From IMG/VR virus record IMGVR_UViG_3300025141_000036, positions 32,001 to 96,000 of that record: a stretch of 64,000 nucleotides of DNA. The stretch is one strand, 5' to 3'. A program made the position numbers and the translations under genes. The notes beneath the pieces are model-generated. The model worked only from the letters and a program-made list of their open reading frames with translations, was not told the DNA's origin and made no database searches. This DNA comes from a virus. This document shows, piece after piece, positions 29,564-39,760 of the stretch; positions within the stretch are counted from its first letter, which is position 1; each line of letters begins with the position of its first letter.

Positions 29564-30681
29564 AATATAAACCTTGTACTTGGGTTAATGTTCTCCAAGA
29601 TATCTTTCTTTATCTCTTCTGTATACATTGCTGCCTTAAGAACAACAATGGGGTTAACAACATCTTTTAGAATCTGTGGAGACCGGACAAACAAGTTTGT
29701 TCCATAAAGTCTCTGGTTTATTTTCGCAGGGTCGTTATCCAATATGAAAGAAAAGTTTTCCTCTTTCAAACCAAACTTCAACAAAGATTGGGTAAAAATG
29801 TGAGCACCAAAAATAAATGTGTTACTCTTATTTTCCAGTTGGTTTTCAATTTTCTTCACTTCTGCATTGTAATAATTCATAAAATCATCCAAATAAGACG
29901 AATCTTGTTTATAAACCTTATCGGCTGCAACAGACGAAGATTTGATCGCTGAAACGAAAACACAGTGGTTGCTAAAGTCTTTTTCTTCTACAACTTCAAG
30001 GCCAGAGTAATGTAAAATTTCTCTTAACAACTCTTTTGTTAAACCATAGGTGTGTTCAAAATTCATCGCATTTGTGAAACCATCTTTCATCATCTCATCA
30101 ATTATGGGTGCCGAAATGAACATCATTTTTCCTTCTTCTAAAAGCTCTGTCATCACTTTAATCTCGTTCATAGGATCATAGAGGTGCTCTATAACATGAG
30201 AATGAATGATTGCGTCGGGTTTTTCTTTTACAGAATTCTTATCAAAAAATTGTTCTTTTAAAATAATCTTATCTGTTGGCTTATTACCATAACAACTCAG
30301 GTTAGTGTCATAAACCGTTATAGATTCAATCTTCTGGTTTTTCTCAAGGTGCTTAGCTAAAACTAGTTGTGCGCCACCAATCTCTACAAGATTACCTGAT
30401 GCACTAATATTGATGAAGTCTGCAAATTCTTTGTGGTGGCGATTCCAAATTTTACCAAAAGAACTGTTATGAGCATCTTTATATAAAATTTCCAACGGAA
30501 CTAATTTTGTTAATTGTGCTGTTTTACACTCAGAACATTTTGCAAAATTCAAATCTAGTGTCAAATCGGATTCTCTGTTTTGAGTTGTAGTTCCCATATA
30601 GATAGGAAAATCTTTTATAGAATAAGCATCTACTAAAGGAGACGAGCAATAAACACATTCGCTTCGCAGGACATATTTCAT
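29560..30681 (-). CDS. SAM-dependent (NDP-sugar C-)methyltransferase with N-terminal Zn site
   Basis: CVYC..CSEC..AQL; VEIGG; HVIEH; FEH; FILDNDPAK. Confidence 0.75.
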   Translation of the reverse strand: MKYVLRSECVYCSSPLVDAYSIKDFPIYMGTTTQNRESDLTLDLNFAKCSECKTAQLTKLVPLEILYKDAHNSSFGKIWNRHHKEFADFINISASGNLVEIGGAQLVLAKHLEKNQKIESITVYDTNLSCYGNKPTDKIILKEQFFDKNSVKEKPDAIIHSHVIEHLYDPMNEIKVMTELLEEGKMMFISAPIIDEMMKDGFTNAMNFEHTYGLTKELLREILHYSGLEVVEEKDFSNHCVFVSAIKSSSVAADKVYKQDSSYLDDFMNYYNAEVKKIENQLENKSNTFIFGAHIFTQSLLKFGLKEENFSFILDNDPAKINQRLYGTNLFVRSPQILKDVVNPIVVLKAAMYTEEIKKDILENINPSTRFIL

Positions 30682-31415
30682 TTATCGCTCCACACACAAA
30701 TTTTATTAATAGTTGGTTCATTTCGTAAATAACCGCGGGTCTTTCCTGCTTCTCCCAACAAATAATGATTAAGTGTTGATCCTATGTCGATGTAAGTATT
30801 TTGTGAATTAAACTCAAACAACTGATGGGCTAAAATGTTACCAAACGGTCCGGCACAAAAAAGGAACAAATTATCTTTTATTTCCTCTGTTGTTATGAAA
30901 TCTTTCACCTCCGATATTAATTCATTATTATCTACCCATGCATTCTTTCCAATCTGAAAATGTTTCGAGACATCAAACGGAAGACTATCCAAATTAGATG
31001 CCGAGTTTGAAACCAAAACCACCTCAAACTCTGAATAATGTGGAACCATCTTATCTAAATAATGCTTATGATTTCCATTAACAAAAAGATTGGCCCAAGT
31101 TAAATTTGTTAATTCTTGCCCCGATTGTTTTTTTAGCCAATTATGAACAGTTAACCCCCCAATACAACAAGGACATGAGATTCCTACGAAATAATTTTCA
31201 TTCTTAAATCTAAATGACTCTATCATTTGTTTTCGAAACTCTTGATTCTCTTTTGGATTAAACCAAAACTCACCATTATTAATTGGCTTATTTGATAGGA
31301 TGTGTAATTCTCCATCAGCATATTTAGAAAAAGAAAATGGCTCTTTGGTTTTTAACTTATCAATCAATATTTTTAAATCTTCCCTAAAACTTTTATTCTC
31401 TGTTTTAAATTTCAT
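30678..31415 (-). CDS. GT-D-fold (DUF1792-like) glycosyltransferase
   Basis: FSFSKYADGE..LFCAGP..IDIGS; start at ATG 31415. Confidence 0.65.
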   Translation of the reverse strand: MKFKTENKSFREDLKILIDKLKTKEPFSFSKYADGELHILSNKPINNGEFWFNPKENQEFRKQMIESFRFKNENYFVGISCPCCIGGLTVHNWLKKQSGQELTNLTWANLFVNGNHKHYLDKMVPHYSEFEVVLVSNSASNLDSLPFDVSKHFQIGKNAWVDNNELISEVKDFITTEEIKDNLFLFCAGPFGNILAHQLFEFNSQNTYIDIGSTLNHYLLGEAGKTRGYLRNEPTINKICVWSDK

Positions 31416-31417
31416 AA

Positions 31418-32197
31418 TTATTCTTCCTTCCATTTTGGATAAGGTTTATTACAGGCTTTCTTAAACTTGACCTTGAAGTCATCGGGCCATTCTTTATTGA
31501 TAACTCCATCTTTTGGCACCCTCGGCGGTAAATAAATATTTAATCTATTTTCTCTACAATATTTAAAAATTTGATATACCTTGTAAGAATCAGTCCCTTT
31601 GGAAATTCGAACATCCCATAGTTTGTTTTGCGATGGCTCACAATCTCCAAGCAACACCTCCCTTAATGCCTCAACAGTTAAGGAGTCAGCCTCTCGGACA
31701 AAACCCTGCTCGGTTGTATAGGGTGTGTATGTAAATTTTTTTGTTTTTAATATCTCGCCACTATCCACCCTATTTTCAATTCTCATGATCGAAACTCCCC
31801 ATTCGCAGGATTCCAACATTCTTCCCCAGACTAACGAGGCGCCGCCTTGAACATCTGGGAGTATCGCTCCATGGTTACCAATTACTTCGAATTTTGATGT
31901 GATTGATTTAGGAACTATCCTAGAATCACCTAAAGTTATAATCAAATCAATTTTGTTTCTCTCACAAAACTCTAGGCAATTTTGCCATTCGCTTGTTTTA
32001 TCTAGGACTATTTTATTTTCTTCACAAAAACTATCTAACTTAACAGAGTTCACTTTACTGTTTAGTTTATCATCAGGGAGACCAAAAACATATAGGATCT
32101 CGAACTTGCCTAGATCACTTATCATCTTCATACTCTCTAAAGTTAGTTTTGTGTTTCCGGTAATTGCTACCTTAATGACATGATTGTTTTGAACCAT
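31418..32197 (-). CDS. Formyltransferase (NDP-aminosugar N-formyltransferase-like)
   Basis: GNHGAILPDVQGGASLVW..GVS..VDSGEI. Confidence 0.75.
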   Translation of the reverse strand: MVQNNHVIKVAITGNTKLTLESMKMISDLGKFEILYVFGLPDDKLNSKVNSVKLDSFCEENKIVLDKTSEWQNCLEFCERNKIDLIITLGDSRIVPKSITSKFEVIGNHGAILPDVQGGASLVWGRMLESCEWGVSIMRIENRVDSGEILKTKKFTYTPYTTEQGFVREADSLTVEALREVLLGDCEPSQNKLWDVRISKGTDSYKVYQIFKYCRENRLNIYLPPRVPKDGVINKEWPDDFKVKFKKACNKPYPKWKEE

Positions 32198-32721
32198 CGT
32201 TTGGCGATCTCCTTATATCCTTCATGTGTAAAGTGGACTCCATCTATCAGGTGGGATTCTAAATCTGACATATCTGCTACTATAAAGTTCATTTCTTTCG
32301 ATAATTTTGCAATCACCCTATTGTATTTTACAACATATTCTCTATTGGACATATAGTATGGACTAAACTTTAGATCTGGGAGAGTCGCAACAATGGGCAT
32401 TTTACCATTAACTCTTATTGAATTGATTATTTGTTTTAAATTATCTTCATAAATTTCAAGGGGTGTTGGTTTCTTAGTATCGTTTGTACCAATCATAAGT
32501 AGAGAAATTTTTGCACCTGGATTGGCTTTAAGTTGATGCCATGATCTTCTTAATAAATCTGAGCTTGTTTCTCCGTTCACACCATAGTTGTGGCAAATAT
32601 AAAATTCCCCAGTTTCTTTTGATAGCATACTACCTAACTCAGTAGGGTAAGATCTACCATATCTATCTCTTGCTCCATAGGTGAGGGAATCCCCCAAACA
32701 CACTATTTCATTCCAAATCAT
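32167..32721 (-). CDS. SGNH/GDSL hydrolase or acetyltransferase
   Basis: CLGDSLT, GVNG, IGTND, DGVH; start at ATG 32721. Confidence 0.85.
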   Translation of the reverse strand: MIWNEIVCLGDSLTYGARDRYGRSYPTELGSMLSKETGEFYICHNYGVNGETSSDLLRRSWHQLKANPGAKISLLMIGTNDTKKPTPLEIYEDNLKQIINSIRVNGKMPIVATLPDLKFSPYYMSNREYVVKYNRVIAKLSKEMNFIVADMSDLESHLIDGVHFTHEGYKEIAKRWFKTIMSLR

Positions 32722-34288
32722 TTTTTCTCCTATAAATTGGCTTCCAGCCATTCATTATGGCATTCTTAACACACGCATCTCTTTGAGCATAAAACACTCC
32801 ATGGTTTCTCGCCCTAGATGTTGCCTTTTCATCTACTCCCAGTTTGTATCCGTCCAGAGAACTGTGCAGAGACAAGTCCTCGGCAGGATGTGGAGGGCAC
32901 AACGTTTTTATTCCACCATACTTCTGGGCGCAATATGAAAATTGAATATCTTCTCCATTATGCCAGGTAAATGGCTTCTCCATCCACAAATATTTAAGCC
33001 ATTCAGTTTCGAAAAACCACGCATGACCTCCTAAATCAACTTCTATCACTTCTTCGTTCTGTGTTGTCCATCCAACTAGTGTTCTACCAACATATTTATC
33101 ACTGGTTATACTTATGCCGTTGCCGACCAGGATGCCTCTATGATTTTCCATTGTTTTTAGACAATTTTCAAGCCACCGGGCTCCGGGAATGGTATCATCA
33201 TCAAACATAGCAATGTATTTACTATCGCTCAAAAGTGCACCAGCGAAGCGGCCATAAAATTTCCAATTGTAATCATTCCGAATAACTCGATCAACATTAA
33301 ATTGAGAAAAATCTATATTAGCATTATCTTCATGGTGATTAACCCAGATCCAAATATCTTTCACTGGGGTCGATTGGTTTCTTATTGCATTTATTTGTTT
33401 TTCCAAATATTCTGGTCTTCTATAGCAATTAAGAATAACTGTTATTGAATCGTCTCTCAGTAATTCTTCAAACGTGTTTACAGCATCAGAAACCTTGTTT
33501 CTAAGCGTTTCAATCAACTCAGGGCCCGATTGGTCAAACCAAGACTCAGAAGCTGCTCCGATAAGGTTTTTGCTCGTTAAAACCTTACACCCTAACATCT
33601 TAGCTTCAACCACAACACGAGATAATGTTTCTAGGACCTGAGGGATGAAAATAAAGTATTCATACTCGGCCATTTTTTGCAACAATTCTTTTTCCGGGAG
33701 AGGGCCAATTAATTCATAATCTAAATTTTTCTGCTTGCAATAAGAAACCGCTTGACTTGTTCCCTTAATTGGATTAGGAGAGTTTATTATGCAATATTTT
33801 CCATTCTTATTTTGAATATCAATCTCGGAAATAAAGTCAAATTTGTCCTTTGACCACAATGAACAACCAATGCTAATAACATTATTAATATTTAAATTTT
33901 GTTCCATTACTGTTTTACAAATCTCACTCAAAACAACAACGGCTTTTGCATTCCTATAAAACTCCGCATTGATCAACTGATCACGAGGAACCTTAAAGTT
34001 AGCAAAAGCCGCAGGGTTTCTGTTTTTAATGTATTTATGATCGTGTTCATAAATAATGTAATCTTTTAACATTATAATTTGCTTATGTCTTGCAGAAAGA
34101 GAAACAAAGTTGGAAACAATAAGCATTTCCGAATCAATAATAATCTCATCTGTGAGATCAGAACACTTAAGCTTTCTTACTTCAATTCCTTTAGAAACCA
34201 ACGAATTGATTAAAACAGAGTCATTAAGCTCTGCTCCGCCCGTTAAATCATCACTAAAAAAATCTGCAAGAAAAACTATTGGTTTCAT
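32708..34288 (-). CDS. Fused glycosyltransferase (GT-B + GT2/GT-A)
   Basis: GGAE..ETLSRVVVEAKMLGC (GT4-like) followed by VILNCYRRP..FDDDTIPG..GEDI. Confidence 0.75.
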   Translation of the reverse strand: MKPIVFLADFFSDDLTGGAELNDSVLINSLVSKGIEVRKLKCSDLTDEIIIDSEMLIVSNFVSLSARHKQIIMLKDYIIYEHDHKYIKNRNPAAFANFKVPRDQLINAEFYRNAKAVVVLSEICKTVMEQNLNINNVISIGCSLWSKDKFDFISEIDIQNKNGKYCIINSPNPIKGTSQAVSYCKQKNLDYELIGPLPEKELLQKMAEYEYFIFIPQVLETLSRVVVEAKMLGCKVLTSKNLIGAASESWFDQSGPELIETLRNKVSDAVNTFEELLRDDSITVILNCYRRPEYLEKQINAIRNQSTPVKDIWIWVNHHEDNANIDFSQFNVDRVIRNDYNWKFYGRFAGALLSDSKYIAMFDDDTIPGARWLENCLKTMENHRGILVGNGISITSDKYVGRTLVGWTTQNEEVIEVDLGGHAWFFETEWLKYLWMEKPFTWHNGEDIQFSYCAQKYGGIKTLCPPHPAEDLSLHSSLDGYKLGVDEKATSRARNHGVFYAQRDACVKNAIMNGWKPIYRRKNDLE

Positions 34289-35523
34289 ACTAAGTCAATC
34301 TCCGATAAAGCCTCTTGCCATTCCAACTCTTCACCGGTTGGGGCATAAATAGCATCGCAAAAACCTTTGTAAAGCTTTTCTTCATTAAAATTTTCATTAA
34401 TTAATGATTGAAGTTCTACTGCTGTTTCTTTGGCATTATCCCACTCCTTGAAGGTTTTTCTCAAAGTCATTTTGTAGGAACCTTGGGCTGCAAATGCCCA
34501 CATAGATTCCTTTTGAATAACTCCTTCCCAGACAGCTTCTTTTTGAACTGGTCTTAGGGAGTATTCCACTTTTTGATAATAGTCTTTCTTGTCATGAACC
34601 AAAAAGTCCAAATGACCTGACCAACCAACAGCAATGACCGGCAAACCTTCTCGAGCTGCTTCAAATAGTGGAAGACCGAAGCCTTCTCCATGAGCTATGT
34701 TGACAATCGCCTTCACTTTCGAATGAGAATATAATTCCGTCATTTGACCAGCAGACAAATCTCCATGAAGCAAATGAACTTTACATTTTCTATCAGGATA
34801 TCTAGCCAAAGCTTGACTTATAGCTTTTTCCGTCATTTCCAAATCTATTCTAGAATTACCTGCTGTATTGCATTTTATTATTAACCCGACCTCTTGGTCT
34901 ATAAACTCTTCTACCCACCAATTTATAGCATTTCCAAAGTTTTTTCTTGGGCTAATTTGAGAACACATCAGGAAATTGAAGTCACACGGTGGTTCAAAAC
35001 CGGGAATAGATTCCGCTTCTTCGCGCGGTGTTGTCTCCCAGACTACTTCTACAGGGGTTTCCAGGGTATAGGGAAACTTCTTACCCGTGGGGTCTTGGGC
35101 CTCGACTGTTGTATTTTCATAGGTGGTTTTCGCATGACTGGAGACTACTAAGATTTTGTCTACCTCCTCGTTTCCTTTTTGTAGCCACGATGGTGCCACT
35201 TTTGTAGTTTCAATCCCTGCTGTATAGCCAAAATTAACAGGACACAATTTCTGAAATTCATTAGGGATTGTGATTTGCAAACTCATATCTGGTTTCAATT
35301 GTTCCTGTTGGAGTAGAATTTGCGTATGTGCTATTCTCGAATCCATCCATTGACGAAATTCGTTGTCTTGCCAAATCCAACCAGTGTGACCCCATGGAAT
35401 TGGTTGAACATAAATTTCAAATAAGTCTTCACGAGACCTCAAGGCTCTTAGGGCAAATCGAGACTGTTCTCCGTAGCCAGACTGACTCAGACACGGTGCT
35501 CTTACAAAAATCTTTTTTCTCAT
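34285..35523 (-). CDS. GT4-family glycosyltransferase
   Basis: SGYG..RKN..GEGFGLPLFEAA. Confidence 0.85.
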   Translation of the reverse strand: MRKKIFVRAPCLSQSGYGEQSRFALRALRSREDLFEIYVQPIPWGHTGWIWQDNEFRQWMDSRIAHTQILLQQEQLKPDMSLQITIPNEFQKLCPVNFGYTAGIETTKVAPSWLQKGNEEVDKILVVSSHAKTTYENTTVEAQDPTGKKFPYTLETPVEVVWETTPREEAESIPGFEPPCDFNFLMCSQISPRKNFGNAINWWVEEFIDQEVGLIIKCNTAGNSRIDLEMTEKAISQALARYPDRKCKVHLLHGDLSAGQMTELYSHSKVKAIVNIAHGEGFGLPLFEAAREGLPVIAVGWSGHLDFLVHDKKDYYQKVEYSLRPVQKEAVWEGVIQKESMWAFAAQGSYKMTLRKTFKEWDNAKETAVELQSLINENFNEEKLYKGFCDAIYAPTGEELEWQEALSEIDLV

Positions 35524-36791
35524 GCGACCTCCTTAAAAATGATTCTATTCGCAGTTTTTCGAGTTTCCCAAGACCCTTCTTCTTTATGGATCTTAAGCAT
35601 CAACTCCACCCATTGGGTGTTAAAATTTTCAAAATTATAATTCTTTACAACGTGCTCTCTGCCTTTGGCGCCAAGCTTCTTTCTTCCTTCGGGCCCCAGG
35701 TCATACATGTTGCTCAGGGCTGATAAGACATGGGATTTACTAACCCTATCTTCATAAATATAAGGCACATCTTGGGATCCGATAACCGATTTTGATGTCG
35801 GAAAAATCGGGAAGCCAAATGTATCATCCGGGGAGATTACTTGCTCTTGTAAGCCGCCAGTTACTGTCGCGATAATGGGAACTCCACAAGAAAGAGACTC
35901 CAGAGTAGATAATCCAAACCCCTCTGCGTCTGATATATTAATTGTGGCATCAGCCATCATATAATAAAATGGCATTGTCTGCTTAGGAACCTTTTGAGTC
36001 GAGAAAACTATCTGCCCTTCTGTCATTCCTAAATGTTCTGCTATGTGGACCAGATCTTGCCCGTGAGCGTCCTTAGGGGCAGTGTGCATTACAAGCATTG
36101 CTTTATCATGCAAATCTCGCTCATCTAGCCATTCTTTCCACCACCATACAAGAGTTCCAGATTGTTTACGACGGGCGTTTCTATTATTCCAGAAAACGAC
36201 AAATTTCTCCCTATCCTTCTCATCGAAATTCTCTTCTCTGAGTTTTTTCTTTTCTTCGTCTGTAACTATTCGAAAAAGAGTGTTATCTACTGCATGTGGC
36301 AGATAAGTACAAGGGACGTCAGGAGCCACTTTACGAACTATGTCATCAGTTAATTTTGATATCGTCATGATGTGGTCATTCGACTCATAAAACTTCTTAT
36401 TAAACATAGGATAAGGATAGTTATCCCAAACGTGATAATAAACCAAGGGACAAAGGGGACGGATCTCGTTTTCCATTTTCCACAACCATCCCCAAAATCT
36501 AGGGTCTGTCATAATCCAAACAATATCTGGTTTCTCATTGCGAAGTACCGATCTCAGCATATCTTCGGTTCCATAGCCATCGACAGGGATAACTCTCCAA
36601 TCTTCTCCAAACTCTTCCACCTTTACGGGAGTATAATCATGATGTTTGATTGCACCCCCTAAAGACAAAATGGAAAACTTTCCACTCCTCAAGAGAGCTT
36701 CACAAACATATTTGGTTTGGGTTCCAACTCCTGATGGACTTAGGGGGTGATCCCCTAAGGTTAAAACTTTAATTTTCTTAGACATACGCAT
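35520..36791 (-). CDS. GT4-family glycosyltransferase
   Basis: NRNARRKQ..AEGFGLSTLESLSCGVP. Confidence 0.85.
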   Translation of the reverse strand: MRMSKKIKVLTLGDHPLSPSGVGTQTKYVCEALLRSGKFSILSLGGAIKHHDYTPVKVEEFGEDWRVIPVDGYGTEDMLRSVLRNEKPDIVWIMTDPRFWGWLWKMENEIRPLCPLVYYHVWDNYPYPMFNKKFYESNDHIMTISKLTDDIVRKVAPDVPCTYLPHAVDNTLFRIVTDEEKKKLREENFDEKDREKFVVFWNNRNARRKQSGTLVWWWKEWLDERDLHDKAMLVMHTAPKDAHGQDLVHIAEHLGMTEGQIVFSTQKVPKQTMPFYYMMADATINISDAEGFGLSTLESLSCGVPIIATVTGGLQEQVISPDDTFGFPIFPTSKSVIGSQDVPYIYEDRVSKSHVLSALSNMYDLGPEGRKKLGAKGREHVVKNYNFENFNTQWVELMLKIHKEEGSWETRKTANRIIFKEVA

Positions 36792-36811
36792 CCTTATGTT
36801 GTTTTACCTAT

Positions 36812-36840
36812 AATATAACACACACAAATTCACTTGTCAA
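36812..36840 (-). promoter_or_regulatory. sigma70-type promoter TTGACA-N17-TATATT
   Basis: Heads the glycosylation cluster. Confidence 0.75.
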
Positions 36841-36859
36841 GAAAAAAAGTTGACTTTTT

Positions 36860-37813
36860 TTATAAAGAGTCAAAATAAATCACGCCACTCACCACGGCTA
36901 CGGACAACCCTAAGCCCAACATAATTTTTAAAAAGTCCCCAACGAGCATTGGAAAAATTACACTTACCTCTTTGTCTTTATTAAAGGTGCGATAAACGGC
37001 CAATTCACGCCCAGCTAGCAACCCTACAAAGACCCAAGTGGTAGACATAGGGATCGCACTGTGGATCTTAAAATACCACAAAACTAGAGCGTAGAAAAGA
37101 TCTATTAGACAGGCAGATCTTATAAAACGAGTCCCGCTTTTGGATAGGACAATTTCTTGAATCTTTCCGCCTTTTGTGTAGAATAAATGAGCCAAGCCTG
37201 CTACAAGAATCCCAATCACCCCTAACATCATAGGGAGAGTGACTCCTTCTCGAGGAAGATAAGCAAAAACATTGGCAATATCATGAGACAGCCACATATA
37301 CCACAAAAAGCCCGTAGACAACCATTGTGCCACGGACCAAAATCTTTTGTGATCTTCTCGAACCTTTTGTTTCTCATCAAAGAAGCGATGCATCACCATC
37401 CAGATAGCGTAGGCCGAAATGGCTGCTAGACCATAGCCCATTGCTGATTTTATTATAATCTTCTCAAGCACGAGACCTGTCGAAAAGGCACTCAAGGTAA
37501 GAAGTGTAGTGGAAACAGGAACCCCAAGCCTGGTTAGACCAAGCAGAAGAACCGGTGCCGCTGCATGGTACCACTGGAATACTTCCGGGAGAGGAATCTT
37601 CTCCAATCTCCCAAAAGCAATATCTCCAGAGGCCCAGCCAGACAGTAGGGTTCCCGCCAGGATGCTGGACGCAAACGCCCACATCCAATACCACTTTACT
37701 TTTTTATTATTGGAACTTATAAATGTTCCAAGAGTTTGGGCACTATCGTTTCCAATAACTGAATAAGCTGCTAATAAAAAACCGATGGTGCCAAAAATCG
37801 CCGATAAAGACAC
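36860..37813 (-). CDS. PiT-like inorganic phosphate transporter-family membrane protein
   Basis: Multi-TM; GNDSAQTLGT, PVSTT, HDIAN, PMSTT motifs. Confidence 0.65.
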   Translation of the reverse strand: MSLSAIFGTIGFLLAAYSVIGNDSAQTLGTFISSNNKKVKWYWMWAFASSILAGTLLSGWASGDIAFGRLEKIPLPEVFQWYHAAAPVLLLGLTRLGVPVSTTLLTLSAFSTGLVLEKIIIKSAMGYGLAAISAYAIWMVMHRFFDEKQKVREDHKRFWSVAQWLSTGFLWYMWLSHDIANVFAYLPREGVTLPMMLGVIGILVAGLAHLFYTKGGKIQEIVLSKSGTRFIRSACLIDLFYALVLWYFKIHSAIPMSTTWVFVGLLAGRELAVYRTFNKDKEVSVIFPMLVGDFLKIMLGLGLSVAVVSGVIYFDSL

Positions 37814-37848
37814 TTTAACCTTCCTTTATCAATAATTAGTCATCAATT

Positions 37849-38622
37849 TTAAGGACAGTGTTCTGTCTTATTAAAGTCACATTTAGAACAGGACTTTCTA
37901 TTCTTAACAAAGTTAGCAGCCTTAATAGTTCGACATCCATCTGTCAATAGTTTAGTAGCGCTCTTAGTCTTTCGGGGACCAGAAGTCACACGAAAAATTT
38001 CAACTTTATTTTCCTTAGCAGTTCTCTTGAGAAGTCCAAAGTGTGTTTCCACAAGTTTGGGGTCAAGGTTGTGCTTCTCGCAGAAAAACTTCTTGTATAA
38101 GGTTAATTGATAAGTCACTAACTTTTCCGATCGTTTCTTGGCATCCCAGCCCCAGCTGCATGATTTCCAATCAAGAATGTGATATTTACCGTCTTCTGTT
38201 TTTATAACAAGATCAATGAAGCCCTTGAGATTCCACTCATAAGTAAGCTCATCTATAGGTTCATAAAGCATCTCTTCTGTTGAGAACACCTCGTATTCTC
38301 CAAAATGTTCTTTAAGTTGCGGAAAGACAGAAGGGGAAATTTCTTTCCCCTGCTGTCGCATTTGTGTGATCATTTTGTTGTCTGGTTTATCATCCAGTTT
38401 CTTTAGTTCACACAAAAATGCTAAATCAAAATGTTCGTCATAATCGATTGGCTCCAATTCTTCTTTTGCAATGTGTTCGCAAACGCTATGAATAGCAGTA
38501 CCAAAAGCAGTAAAGACATTTCCGGTGAAGCCTTTTAATTTATCAATGTATTGCAATTTATGTTTAAAGGGGCAATCCGCCCATGTTTTCAATTCTGAAA
38601 ATGAAATGTGTTGTTTTGTCAT
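37849..38622 (-). CDS. PD-(D/E)XK exonuclease (RecB/Cas4-like, Fe-S cysteines)
   Basis: SFSEL..CP..FGTAIH..E..GFIDL..DWKS..QLTLY..CSKCDF..CP. Confidence 0.85.
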   Translation of the reverse strand: MTKQHISFSELKTWADCPFKHKLQYIDKLKGFTGNVFTAFGTAIHSVCEHIAKEELEPIDYDEHFDLAFLCELKKLDDKPDNKMITQMRQQGKEISPSVFPQLKEHFGEYEVFSTEEMLYEPIDELTYEWNLKGFIDLVIKTEDGKYHILDWKSCSWGWDAKKRSEKLVTYQLTLYKKFFCEKHNLDPKLVETHFGLLKRTAKENKVEIFRVTSGPRKTKSATKLLTDGCRTIKAANFVKNRKSCSKCDFNKTEHCP

Positions 38623-39287
38623 TAGTCCTCCAAATGAACAAGTTCGTCTATTATCCTGTATAATACAGGACTTAAATCTTTTAATAATCCTTTGTTTCCT
38701 ATGAAATATTCCTCAAATCCTCGAGCAAAATATTCATTTACTGATGTTACTGCATAAGATGAAATAAAAATGTTTGACACCAGCTGATTAAGAACGTCAT
38801 AACCCACTGATTTATAAAGATAGTTATCAATTTCCTTACTATACTCTATATTGGATAAGAAGTCTTTTGGAACATCTGTAATCTGTTTTAATCTCGTAGT
38901 TAAGTTTCGCCTCTTTGCTTTAAATTCTGCTTGGATGGCGCCTGAGCCATAGACCAGATGCTCATTATTTCTCTCTACCGCATGTGCTAATTCATGAACA
39001 ATGTCATCTATCATATCTAAATCTTCTTCTTGATTGTTTGTTACGTATATCGCGCCATCTTCGTAATAAGCATTTATCTCTCGCTCTTTCATTTTTGGAA
39101 ACTGACCTACATAAATAATATCAACATTACGCGCTAAATGAAAAGGCACGCGCGAACTTATATAATTAAAAACAAAGTCAGGATCTACATTATCTGGTAG
39201 CCTATCTTTAATATAAACATCCACACCGTTTAGGTTATACACGTCCTTAAGTCTCCTTCCTTTTTTAGCTGATTCGATAATCCACAT
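38622..39287 (-). CDS. Zincin-like metallopeptidase
   Basis: HELAH and downstream EYFARGFE. Confidence 0.6.
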   Translation of the reverse strand: MWIIESAKKGRRLKDVYNLNGVDVYIKDRLPDNVDPDFVFNYISSRVPFHLARNVDIIYVGQFPKMKEREINAYYEDGAIYVTNNQEEDLDMIDDIVHELAHAVERNNEHLVYGSGAIQAEFKAKRRNLTTRLKQITDVPKDFLSNIEYSKEIDNYLYKSVGYDVLNQLVSNIFISSYAVTSVNEYFARGFEEYFIGNKGLLKDLSPVLYRIIDELVHLED

Positions 39288-39310
39288 AATTCTTCACCGT
39301 AATTATAACT

Positions 39311-39339
39311 AATATAACATAAAGAAATTAACTTGTCAA
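39311..39339 (-). promoter_or_regulatory. sigma70-type promoter TTGACA-N17-TATATT
   Basis: Intergenic, upstream of 39287. Confidence 0.75.
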
Positions 39340-39340
39340 A

Positions 39341-39760
39341 TTATTTGTTGGTTTTTACAATCCAATCGGCTATCGGGAGGACGACATTCCAGTTTGAATT
39401 TGGGTTTTTCATATGATGATCCCAGTGCCATCGTTGATATGATTTTGCCCACTTGGGATTACGGTGTCCATAATTGTGCAAAACGAAGAATGCTATAACA
39501 TAGACAACTGTAGCAAAATAGAACATACAACTAATGTAAAAAATAGGGAAATGGATAATAGCAAGGAATAATAAACCAACCGTTTCGATGAAAGACATTC
39601 GAATATCAATAAAATTGTTCTTTTTAGCAACGACATGATGGTCCCTCAAATGATATGCAAAGAGACTATCTTTTTTCTTGCCTCTTACATGAAATAGATG
39701 TTTGTGAATCCACCATTCCAAAAAACTTGCATAAATCGTTCCTAAAATAAATCCTATCAT
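39341..39760 (-). CDS. Fatty-acid hydroxylase/sterol desaturase-family membrane protein
   Basis: His boxes HKHLFH, HLRDHH, HNYGH, HWDHH. Confidence 0.7.
   Translation of the reverse strand: MIGFILGTIYASFLEWWIHKHLFHVRGKKKDSLFAYHLRDHHVVAKKNNFIDIRMSFIETVGLLFLAIIHFPIFYISCMFYFATVVYVIAFFVLHNYGHRNPKWAKSYQRWHWDHHMKNPNSNWNVVLPIADWIVKTNK

Noticed and set aside
37849-38622. Cas4 / CRISPR adaptation gene
   Set aside because: Stand-alone PD-(D/E)XK exonucleases with Fe-S cysteines are ordinary phage recombination nucleases; no array or other cas genes nearby.
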